A stretch of DNA of 22,283 nucleotides from Gemmatimonadales bacterium (lineage in GTDB: Bacteria; Gemmatimonadota; Gemmatimonadetes; Gemmatimonadales; GWC2-71-9). A program made the position numbers and the translations under genes. The stretch is taken from positions 1-22,283 of the forward strand of contig JBFJHJ010000041.1 in the NCBI GenBank assembly GCA_041613315.1, in the 5' to 3' direction. Under the pieces are notes generated by a model that ran no database searches, had not been told where the DNA came from, and was given only the letters and a program-made list of their open reading frames with translations. Of the stretch, positions 7,771-15,690 are shown in pieces (the first letter of the stretch is position 1; every line of letters starts with the position of its first letter).

Positions 7771-9048
7771 TCAGAAGAACACGCCGCCTGCGCTGTTCAT
7801 GCGTGGGTTCACGACGTTGGCGTACTTCGAGCCGAACCGGAAACTGAAGCCGAGGTTCAGGTCGAATCGGAAGTCGGTCTCCCGTTCGCGCCGTTGCACG
7901 AGGATCTCCTCCTCGGTGAGACCGGCGGCCGGAAGGGAGAACTGATCCTTGATGCGCGAGAACTCCACGAACGCGTTGAAGGTGAATCCGCGAAAGAGTC
8001 GTAACTCGACGCCACCGAACGTGTCGATCCGGTGCACGCCGAGATCGTGAAAATACTGGGTGCCCTGAACCGAGCCGTGCACCTGGCCCCAGTGTTGACG
8101 CACCGCGGCGGACACGGTGAGGCGGTGCCGCGCTCGGAGCTCCGACAGCCGTCCGGCGACCGTGGTCTCCTGATAGTCGAACGCTGAACCCTCGACGCGA
8201 TAGAGGATGCTCAGCTGCTGGCGCGTCGACTGGGCGTAGGGGAAGATGTTGTATTCGATGGCCGGCCCGCCGGACACGCTCAGGTCCTGGTTCGAGAACG
8301 TGGACCGGTTGGCGTCGGCGGCCACTCCGACGGACCAGTGGGGGCCCATGCTCCATACAGCAAGGACATCGGCCGAGTACCGCTCGGAGATGTTCACGAA
8401 CGTCGAGCTGTCCTCCAGCACGAACGCCTCCCGGTTGTAACGTCCGGAGGCGCCGACTTGAATCTTCGACGCCTCCGTGGTCCGGCTCGCGCTCACCGAG
8501 CCGCGCACCGACCACTCGTCCTGCTGTGCCTCTCCCTCCACCGAGCCGTTGAGACCGACCCGAAAGGTCCAGAAGTTCCAGGGGTCGTCCGCCGGCGCTG
8601 CCTGCACGACCGCGCCTGTGAGGGGAGCGTACGCCACGTGCAGCCGCGGCGCCACCGCCGTCTGCGCCGCGTAGCGCACCAGACCGAGCGCGATGGTGCG
8701 AGTGAGCCCGTCACGGACCTCGGCGTCGGTGTCGGTGTTTCGCGAGGTGTAGGCGATTGTGTCGGCGCGACCCGCGAAGCCCCGCCGCCCGAGGAACGCG
8801 AGGCTGAACGCCCGGCCGCCGCCGCCCGTCGCCTCGGCGGTGATGAGCACGTGGACCCCGGCGTCTTCGCGGTCCCGGACCCAGTTCACGAAGTCCACCT
8901 CGCGCCGAATATGGTCGAAGTCGCAGTGCCGCGTCTGACAGTCGAGGAAGACGCTGAGCGCTTCCTCCGCCGGGGCGGGCTCTTGGGCAGCCGCGGCGAG
9001 CGGCCAGGCGGCGAGCGCCGCGGCGAGGGCGACGAAGCGTGATCCCAT
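7771..9048 (-). CDS. Putative outer-membrane beta-barrel protein, function unknown, 425 aa
   Basis: ATG 9048 with GGGAGA upstream. Signal peptide ...LAAAA|QE. N-terminal VFLDC....CDFD domain, then alternating beta-strand pattern (e.g. FRFDLNLGFSFRFG). Ends in Phe. Confidence 0.75.
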   Translation of the reverse strand: MGSRFVALAAALAAWPLAAAAQEPAPAEEALSVFLDCQTRHCDFDHIRREVDFVNWVRDREDAGVHVLITAEATGGGGRAFSLAFLGRRGFAGRADTIAYTSRNTDTDAEVRDGLTRTIALGLVRYAAQTAVAPRLHVAYAPLTGAVVQAAPADDPWNFWTFRVGLNGSVEGEAQQDEWSVRGSVSASRTTEASKIQVGASGRYNREAFVLEDSSTFVNISERYSADVLAVWSMGPHWSVGVAADANRSTFSNQDLSVSGGPAIEYNIFPYAQSTRQQLSILYRVEGSAFDYQETTVAGRLSELRARHRLTVSAAVRQHWGQVHGSVQGTQYFHDLGVHRIDTFGGVELRLFRGFTFNAFVEFSRIKDQFSLPAAGLTEEEILVQRRERETDFRFDLNLGFSFRFGSKYANVVNPRMNSAGGVFF

Positions 9049-9154
9049 TTCTTCTCCCGGTTGGGGCCGCAGGGTACCAGGGACGCAGGTTGCGATCACC
9101 GGGGTCCCTGTGCCACCCGAACCTGGCCCGAGACGCCGGCGCCGGATGCACCGG

Positions 9155-9182
9155 TTGACCCGACCTCGCCGCGGGATACATT
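9155..9182 (+). promoter_or_regulatory. Candidate sigma70-type promoter of the VPS10/BNR gene
   Basis: TTGACC-N16-TACATT, about 30 nt upstream of GTG 9213. Confidence 0.5.
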
Positions 9183-9212
9183 CGCCCCGACGACAACTGC
9201 GGCGGGTAGCTC

Positions 9213-12206
9213 GTGACGCGACAGCCTATGTTTTCCACGCTGACGTTCGTTCTGACGATAATGACCTTCGGCCTTCCAGCCCAGGCGGCGGGGCAGGCGG
9301 CCGCGATTCCCCAAGAGCTGCTCCGGGCCCTGCGGTTCCGCCAGGTGGGCCCCGCCGTCACCGGCGGACGCATTCACGACATTGCGGCGTTGCCGAGCGA
9401 TCCGTCTACCCTGATCGTGGCGAGCGCGTCGGGTGGGCTGTGGATCTCCACCAACAAGGGGACCACGTGGACGCCGGTGTTCGACGACCAGGCGGTGAGC
9501 ACGTTTGGCGCCGTGGCCATCGCACCGTCCAACCCCGCCATCATCTGGGCCGGCACCGGCGAGCAGAATAATCGACAGAGCACGTCGTGGGGGAACGGGG
9601 TGTACCGCTCGCTCGACGGCGGCGAATCGTGGGCCCACTTGGGGCTGGCGGAGACGCGACACATCGGCCGCGTCGTCGTGCACCCGCGTGATCCCGACGT
9701 AGCGTACGTGGCCGCGCTGGGCAACCTCTGGAAGCCCTCGGCGGACCGCGGCGTCTATCGGACGCGTGACGGGGGGCGCACGTGGGCGAAGGTGCTGTAC
9801 GTGGACTCGCTCACGGGTGTCGTGGACCTCGTGATGGATCCGAGTGACCCCGACATCCTGTACGCGGCGGCGTACCAGCGGCTCCGGCGGACGTGGGGCT
9901 TCAACGGGGGCGGGGCGGGGAGCGGGATCTACAAGACGTCGGACGGCGGAGGGCGCTGGCAGCGTCTCACGAACGGCGTCCCGGATGGCGACAAGGGCCG
10001 GATCGGCCTCGCGATCAGCCGCACGAACCCACGGGTCTTGAACGCGCTCATCGAGCATGGCAGCGCGTCCGGAACCTACCGCACGGAGAACGGCGGCGCC
10101 CAGTGGTCGAAGGTGAACGACCTGAACCCCCGGCCGATGTACTACAGCCACATCGTGATCGATCCCACGAACGAGCGTCGGGTGTACGTGCTGGCGACGT
10201 CGTTCTACAAGAGCGAGGACGGCGGTCGTTCGTTCGAGACGTTGCCGACCCGGTCCACGTACGACGTCGGCGTGCACAGCGACTTCCACGCCCTGTGGAT
10301 CGACCCGGCCAATCCAGCGCACTTCTACCTGGGTGGCGACGGGGGCCTGCACGAGTCGTGGGACATGGGCCGGACCTACATGCGCCTCAACAATCTTCCC
10401 ATTGGCCAGTTCTACGCGATCGGGGTCGATCGGCGCGCGCCGTACTGGATCTACGGCGGGATGCAGGACAACCACTCGTGGATGGGGCCGAACGCCACGC
10501 GCCGCTGGAGCGGGATCATCAACGACGACTGGTTGCAGATCGGCTTCGGTGACGGGATGTACCAGCAACCGGATCCCACGAGCCATCGGTACGTCTACGT
10601 CAACGCGCAGAACGGGAGCTACACGCGGGTGGATGCCGAGACGGGAGATATCCTCGGGATCCGTCCGCGCCCGCCCGCGGGCGAGCCGGACTACCGCTGG
10701 GACTGGGCGTCGCCCAGCCTCGTGTCACGCCACGACGCGGCGGTCGTCTACGTGGGTGGCAACCGTCTCTTCATCTCTCGCGACCGCGGCGGGCGCTGGG
10801 AACGCACCGATGACCTGACGCGGCGGATCGACCGGGACACGCTCACGCTGATGGGCGTCACGGGTTCGGCCCGCATGCTCTCCAAGAACGACGGCACGAG
10901 CTCCTTCGGACAGATCGTGACGATCGCCGAGTCGCCGCTCGACGCGCGGGTGCTGTGGGTCGGCACGGACGACGGGAACGTGCAGGTCTCGCAGGACGGC
11001 GGCCGCCGCTGGACCGAGGTATCCCGGAACGTGCGCGGCGTGCCCCCCGGGACGTACGTGAGCCGGGTGGTGGCGTCGCACGCTGGGCGGGGCACGGCGT
11101 GGGCCACGTTCGACGCGCATCGCGACGGCGACTTCCGGCCGTACGTGTTTCGCACGGCGGACTTCGGCCGCACGTGGGAGCCTCACGTGCGCGGGCTGCC
11201 GTCGATGGGCTCGGTGAACGTGCTGGTGGAGCACCCCGACCGTCCGACGCTCCTCTTCCTGGGAACGGAGCACGCGCTGTTCGTTTCGACGGACGCCGGG
11301 GCGACGTGGGTCCGGTTCGCGGGCAACCTCCCGACGACGTTGTATGACGACCTCGTCGTCCACCCGCGGGATCACGACCTCATCGTCGGCACCCACGGGC
11401 GGAGCCTGTGGATCCTGGACGACGTGACCCCGCTGGCGGAGTGGTCGGCCGACGTCGCGGCGGCGGCGCTCCATCTCTTTTCGGTGCGTCCTCCAATGAT
11501 CTTCCAGTACTGGAAGAACACGTCCTACCGGGGACAGGCGGCATTCTCGGGCGAGAACCCGCCGTTCGGCGTCGTCGTGACGTACTGGCTGAAAGCCGGG
11601 GCGCCGGACGCGCGACTCGTCGTGACGAACGGCCGGGGCGAGGAGGTGCGCGTGCTGGACGTACCGGCCGCAGGCGGCCTACATCGGGTGACGTGGGACT
11701 TGCGGCATCGGCCGCCGCCGTTCGCCGAGGAGGACGACGAGGAGGGCGAGGAGTCGCCCACGCTGCCACACCCGGTGACGCCGCGCGGGCCGTTCGTGGC
11801 GCCCGGCGACTACACGCTCACGCTCGAGGCGGCGGGTCGGCAGGCGCGTCGGTCGGTGACGGTCCGTGGCGACACCCTGATGTCGCTCAGCGCCGGCGAC
11901 TGGGACGCGCGTGAACGGTTTCTCTTGAGTGTGCTGCGGATGCAAGAAGCGGTGTGGCACGGCGAGCAGCGGGCCGGCGAAGCGGCGGACCGGGGCGGAG
12001 CGGCTGCCGACTCCGCGCGCGCGCTCCAGCGCCGAGTCGCCGGCCTACGCCGGCAGATCTATGGACTGGCCGGGGAGTTCAACGGGAACGGTGTCCGGCA
12101 GGGCAGTCTCTATCCGCCCACGGATACGCACCGCCAGCGACGCGAGGAGCTGGAAGCCGCCTTGAGCCGGGAGCTGGATGCGGTGGAGAGGGTGGTGAGG
12201 CAGTAG
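9213..12206 (+). CDS. Exported VPS10/sortilin-like BNR (Asp-box) repeat beta-propeller protein
   Basis: Many S/T-x-D-G-G-x-x-W Asp-boxes (SLDGGESW, TRDGGRTW, TSDGGGRW, SEDGGRSF, SQDGGRRW). Family motifs FRQVGP..GGRI, GGMQDN and GTHGRS. Signal peptide. Start is GTG 9213 or ATG 9228. Confidence 0.9.
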   Translation: MTRQPMFSTLTFVLTIMTFGLPAQAAGQAAAIPQELLRALRFRQVGPAVTGGRIHDIAALPSDPSTLIVASASGGLWISTNKGTTWTPVFDDQAVSTFGAVAIAPSNPAIIWAGTGEQNNRQSTSWGNGVYRSLDGGESWAHLGLAETRHIGRVVVHPRDPDVAYVAALGNLWKPSADRGVYRTRDGGRTWAKVLYVDSLTGVVDLVMDPSDPDILYAAAYQRLRRTWGFNGGGAGSGIYKTSDGGGRWQRLTNGVPDGDKGRIGLAISRTNPRVLNALIEHGSASGTYRTENGGAQWSKVNDLNPRPMYYSHIVIDPTNERRVYVLATSFYKSEDGGRSFETLPTRSTYDVGVHSDFHALWIDPANPAHFYLGGDGGLHESWDMGRTYMRLNNLPIGQFYAIGVDRRAPYWIYGGMQDNHSWMGPNATRRWSGIINDDWLQIGFGDGMYQQPDPTSHRYVYVNAQNGSYTRVDAETGDILGIRPRPPAGEPDYRWDWASPSLVSRHDAAVVYVGGNRLFISRDRGGRWERTDDLTRRIDRDTLTLMGVTGSARMLSKNDGTSSFGQIVTIAESPLDARVLWVGTDDGNVQVSQDGGRRWTEVSRNVRGVPPGTYVSRVVASHAGRGTAWATFDAHRDGDFRPYVFRTADFGRTWEPHVRGLPSMGSVNVLVEHPDRPTLLFLGTEHALFVSTDAGATWVRFAGNLPTTLYDDLVVHPRDHDLIVGTHGRSLWILDDVTPLAEWSADVAAAALHLFSVRPPMIFQYWKNTSYRGQAAFSGENPPFGVVVTYWLKAGAPDARLVVTNGRGEEVRVLDVPAAGGLHRVTWDLRHRPPPFAEEDDEEGEESPTLPHPVTPRGPFVAPGDYTLTLEAAGRQARRSVTVRGDTLMSLSAGDWDARERFLLSVLRMQEAVWHGEQRAGEAADRGGAAADSARALQRRVAGLRRQIYGLAGEFNGNGVRQGSLYPPTDTHRQRREELEAALSRELDAVERVVRQ

Positions 12207-12214
12207 GGCGCCGA

Positions 12215-12323
12215 AGGCGGTCAGACGGACGGGCGGCCAAAACACTGCCTGGCTGTCTTGGCACCGCGGTCCCGTCCCGGTCAGGCGCGGTGAGTCCCTG
12301 ACCGCCCGTCCGTCTGACCGCCT
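12215..12323. repeat. 22-bp perfect inverted repeat with 65-bp spacer between convergent genes
   Basis: AGGCGGTCAGACGGACGGGCGG (12215-12236) is the exact reverse complement of CCGCCCGTCCGTCTGACCGCCT (12302-12323). Confidence 0.85.
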
Positions 12324-12330
12324 GACCGTC

Positions 12331-13962
12331 CTACCGCTGTCCCCGTGCCAGCACCCGGCCGCCGAGCTGCCCCGTCACCGCTCCGCGGTCGATCGCCAGC
12401 GTGCCGTTCACGAGGACAAACACCATGCCCTCGGCGAGCTGATGCGGCTTCTGGTAGGTCGCCGTATCCCGGATCCGCTCGAGATCGAACACCACCAGGT
12501 CGGCCGCCGCGCCGGCCCGGACGATCCCGCGGTCCCCGAGGCGGAATACCTGCGCCGGCAGCCCGGTCATGCTGCGGATGGCGGTCTCCAGGTCCACGAC
12601 GCCCCGTTCCAGCGCGTAGCGGCGGATCTTCCGCGGAAACGTGCCGTAGCTGCGCGGGTGGGGGACGCCCTCGCCCATCGGCACCAGGTCCCCGTCCGAG
12701 GCGGTCATCGTCCAGGGGTGGCGCATCAGCGCCTCGATGTCTCCGTCGCTCATGTTGAACGACACGACGGCGGCTCCGCCGGCCTTCAGCAGCTCGATCG
12801 CCACGTCCACCGGCTCGAGGCCACGCTCCGACGCCACGGCCGCGAGCGTCCGGCCCTCGATCGAGGGGTCCGCTCGGTGATGACGGAATTGCAGTCGCGC
12901 GGCGCCACCCCGCCGGTCGAGGTTCTCGAGCATGTCCGCACGGAGCCGCGCGCGTTCGGCGGGCGTTTCGATGCGCGCGCGCAGCGCCGCGTCGCCCCCC
13001 ACCAGCGCCCAGCGCGGCACCAGGGCTCCGGTAATGCTCGTGCCGGAGGCCTCGTACGGATACTGGTCGGCGTACACCTCGATGCCGTCGCCACGCGCCC
13101 GCTCGATCCGCTGCACCAAGGCCTGCGAGTACCCCCAGACCCGGGGCCCCAGCGCCTTGATGTGTGTGACGACGCCCGGCAGCCCCGCCTCCCGCGCGAT
13201 CTGGATCACCTCGTCCACCGCCGCGACCACACCGATCGTGTAATCCGCCTCGTCGCGGATGTGGCTCGTATACGCGCCGCCGTACTGTGCCGCCACCTTC
13301 GCCAAAGCAATGACCTCGTCGGTCGTCGCGTAGCTCCCCGGCGCGTAGTAGAGGCCTGATGAGAGACCCAGGGCGCCAGCCTCCATCCCGGCGCGCACGA
13401 GCGTACGCATGCGCTCCAGTTCCGCCGCCGTCGGCGCCCGGTCCTCCATCCCGAGCACGGCGCGCCGCACCGAACCGTGCGGGACGAGCAGCGCCACGTT
13501 GACGCCGAGCCCGTGCTCGAGCAGCGCGCGCCGCTGCTGGACGAGATCCGTCGGACCGCCGCCGTCGTGGTTCGCGAAGATCGTCGTGATGCCCTGCGCC
13601 AGCAGCGGGCGTCCGTGGCTTAGTGCGGCGGTGGCGAGTCCGTCTCCGGCGTGGGAATGCGCGTCGATGAATCCGGGCGCCGCATAGAGGCCGGTGGCAT
13701 CGATGACGCGCGCGGCGCGCGCTCCGGCAAGGTCACCCACGGCGGCGATCCGGTCACCGGCGACGGCGATGTCCGCCCGACGCCACGGGTTCCCGCTCCC
13801 GTCGAATAGCCGCGCGTTGGTGATGAGGAGGTCGTAGCGTTGCTGGGCAGGCACGGCACGGGGCACCGGAGGCAGGAGGGGCAGGAGGGGCAGGACAGCG
13901 GACACGAGTCGTCGCCGAAGGCTGAGTGTCCATCGTGCTTGCCGTTGCCGCGGTCGATCCAT
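12331..13962 (-). CDS. N-acyl-D-amino-acid deacylase (D-aminoacylase) family amidohydrolase, exported
   Basis: Motifs PGFIDAHSH, GLSSGLYYAPG, SHIRDE, THIK, DQYPY, ASDG and HPRSYGTFPR. ATG 13962 has GAGGA upstream, with alternative starts up to 14004. Signal peptide ...VPA|QQ. Confidence 0.9.
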   Translation of the reverse strand: MDRPRQRQARWTLSLRRRLVSAVLPLLPLLPPVPRAVPAQQRYDLLITNARLFDGSGNPWRRADIAVAGDRIAAVGDLAGARAARVIDATGLYAAPGFIDAHSHAGDGLATAALSHGRPLLAQGITTIFANHDGGGPTDLVQQRRALLEHGLGVNVALLVPHGSVRRAVLGMEDRAPTAAELERMRTLVRAGMEAGALGLSSGLYYAPGSYATTDEVIALAKVAAQYGGAYTSHIRDEADYTIGVVAAVDEVIQIAREAGLPGVVTHIKALGPRVWGYSQALVQRIERARGDGIEVYADQYPYEASGTSITGALVPRWALVGGDAALRARIETPAERARLRADMLENLDRRGGAARLQFRHHRADPSIEGRTLAAVASERGLEPVDVAIELLKAGGAAVVSFNMSDGDIEALMRHPWTMTASDGDLVPMGEGVPHPRSYGTFPRKIRRYALERGVVDLETAIRSMTGLPAQVFRLGDRGIVRAGAAADLVVFDLERIRDTATYQKPHQLAEGMVFVLVNGTLAIDRGAVTGQLGGRVLARGQR

Positions 13963-14022
13963 CGTCAACATCCTCATTGCCGTGACCTGTTGGTTTACGG
14001 GCACCGACGCCCGTCATGGCGA

Positions 14023-15690
14023 TCAGTGCCGTGCGCCGCGTGCCGTACCCTGCCAGCGCGAGTCCGCTACCCCGATGAGCTCGCCGGTCTCGCGATCGAC
14101 GGCGATGGCATGAATCCGCGCAAAGTACGGCGCCGACGCCCGCGCCTCACTGGGGAAGCCGAAAGACGCCAGGCGGGCCAGGCTCTCGGGGGTCCAGCTC
14201 GAGCCGGGGCGGCCTTCCATATAGAACACCGTCGGCGTGGGATGGAAGCGCGGCGCCGCCATCGCGTCGGGCAGCGGCTGCCCGTCGTCGAGCAGCCGGC
14301 TGGTCACCTGGACGATCGCCGAGATGATGCGCCGGGCGCCGGCCGCGCCCAGCACGTACGCCGGCTCGCCGTCGCGCACGATGATGAGGGGCGACTGCGA
14401 GGAAAAGGGCCGGTCCCCGGGAGCGAGCCGGCCCAGATATCCCATCGTCGCCGCGTAGACGAACCCGAGCCCGGGAGCCGCGACCTTGGACCCCATGTTG
14501 GGACCCACGGACTGGGTGAGGGCGACGAGCCCACCGTGTCCGTCGGCGACCGAGAGGTGGGTCGTATGCGGCGGCTCGGCCGGGAGCCCGGAGAGCGCCG
14601 CACCCGCCGCCGGCCCCACCGGTGCTGCGGCCGGGTCCCGCACGTAGGCAGCGCGCTCGGCAGCCCACTCCTTGGAGACCAGCGTTCGGAGGTGAGTGGC
14701 GGGCGGGCCGAGGTCCGCTACGCGGTCCTCGAACGCGAGCAGCAGAGCCTGCCCCACCAGGGCGGCCCACTCGGCCGTTCCGGTCCGCCCGGAGACCTCG
14801 AACTGCTCCAGGATGTGGAGGGCTTCGATCGTGGTGGCACCGGACGCGGGGAGATAGGTGCCCACGAGATCGAATCCCCGGTAGCTCCCCCGGGCGACCA
14901 GGGCGTCCTGTGCCTCGTACTGCGCGAGTGCGGCCCGGGTGACGTAGCCGCCGTGTCGCGCCATCGCCGCCGCGATGCTGTCGGCGATCCATCCCCGATA
15001 GAAGACCTGCACGCCGGAGTCGCCGATGGCTCGGAGGACGCGGGCGAGATCGCGTTGCACGAGTCGATCGCCCGCCTGATACGGTGAGCCGTCGGGGCGC
15101 AGGAAATAACGGCGCGATCCGGCGAATTCCTGGAGTTGGGGTGCGGCCTGCGCGAGCCGTTGGGTCTCGTCGGCCGGAAGGAGAAACCCATCCTCGGCGA
15201 GCGTGACGGCGAGCGCCACCAGCTCGGCCAGGGGTCGGGAGCCGTGCGCGGCGTGGGCCGCCACGAGGGCGGCCACCGTGCCCGGAATCCCGACCGTCGC
15301 GTAACCGTAGGCACCTTCGTCGTCCTCCGCCGCGGCGGTCGGAGCCCCGGCCGGCACCTCCGTGGTGCCGTCGATGCCGACGAACGCGCCTTGGGTCGTC
15401 CGTAGCAGCATCTGGGTCCGACCTCCCAGTCCCGACATGGACGGCTCCACGACCGCGAGGGCGAACGCCGTTGCGACCGCCGCGTCCACGGCGTTGCCGC
15501 CCGCCTCCAGCACGCCGACGCCGACTTGGGTGGCGATGGGCGAGCCGCTCACGACCATGCCGTGGCGCGCGCGCGCGATCTGTCCCGCCTGATAGGCCGG
15601 GTGCGCGGGGGTGCCGGCTCCGGGATCGCACGCCCCGAGGAGGAGGGCGAGGAGCCCGGGCGCCGCATGGCGCCGCCGGATCCACGTCAT
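14023..15690 (-). CDS. Gamma-glutamyltransferase-family Ntn hydrolase, lipoprotein, atypical pocket
   Basis: Motifs GGNAVDAAVA, VVEPSMSGLGG, GIPGTV, autocleavage site H|TTHLSVAD, RPFSS and PRFH. Lipobox LGA-C. ATGA overlap with the upstream gene. Confidence 0.9.
   Translation of the reverse strand: MTWIRRRHAAPGLLALLLGACDPGAGTPAHPAYQAGQIARARHGMVVSGSPIATQVGVGVLEAGGNAVDAAVATAFALAVVEPSMSGLGGRTQMLLRTTQGAFVGIDGTTEVPAGAPTAAAEDDEGAYGYATVGIPGTVAALVAAHAAHGSRPLAELVALAVTLAEDGFLLPADETQRLAQAAPQLQEFAGSRRYFLRPDGSPYQAGDRLVQRDLARVLRAIGDSGVQVFYRGWIADSIAAAMARHGGYVTRAALAQYEAQDALVARGSYRGFDLVGTYLPASGATTIEALHILEQFEVSGRTGTAEWAALVGQALLLAFEDRVADLGPPATHLRTLVSKEWAAERAAYVRDPAAAPVGPAAGAALSGLPAEPPHTTHLSVADGHGGLVALTQSVGPNMGSKVAAPGLGFVYAATMGYLGRLAPGDRPFSSQSPLIIVRDGEPAYVLGAAGARRIISAIVQVTSRLLDDGQPLPDAMAAPRFHPTPTVFYMEGRPGSSWTPESLARLASFGFPSEARASAPYFARIHAIAVDRETGELIGVADSRWQGTARGARH

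Noticed and set aside
3976..9115. Sigma54 promoters at TGGCA (3976, +) and TGGCAC (about 9110-9115, -)
   Set aside because: Neither has the -12 TTGC element at the required spacing.
9096..10586. 496-aa minus-strand ORF
   Set aside because: Antisense to the VPS10 gene, with no motifs. Expected from GC3 bias.
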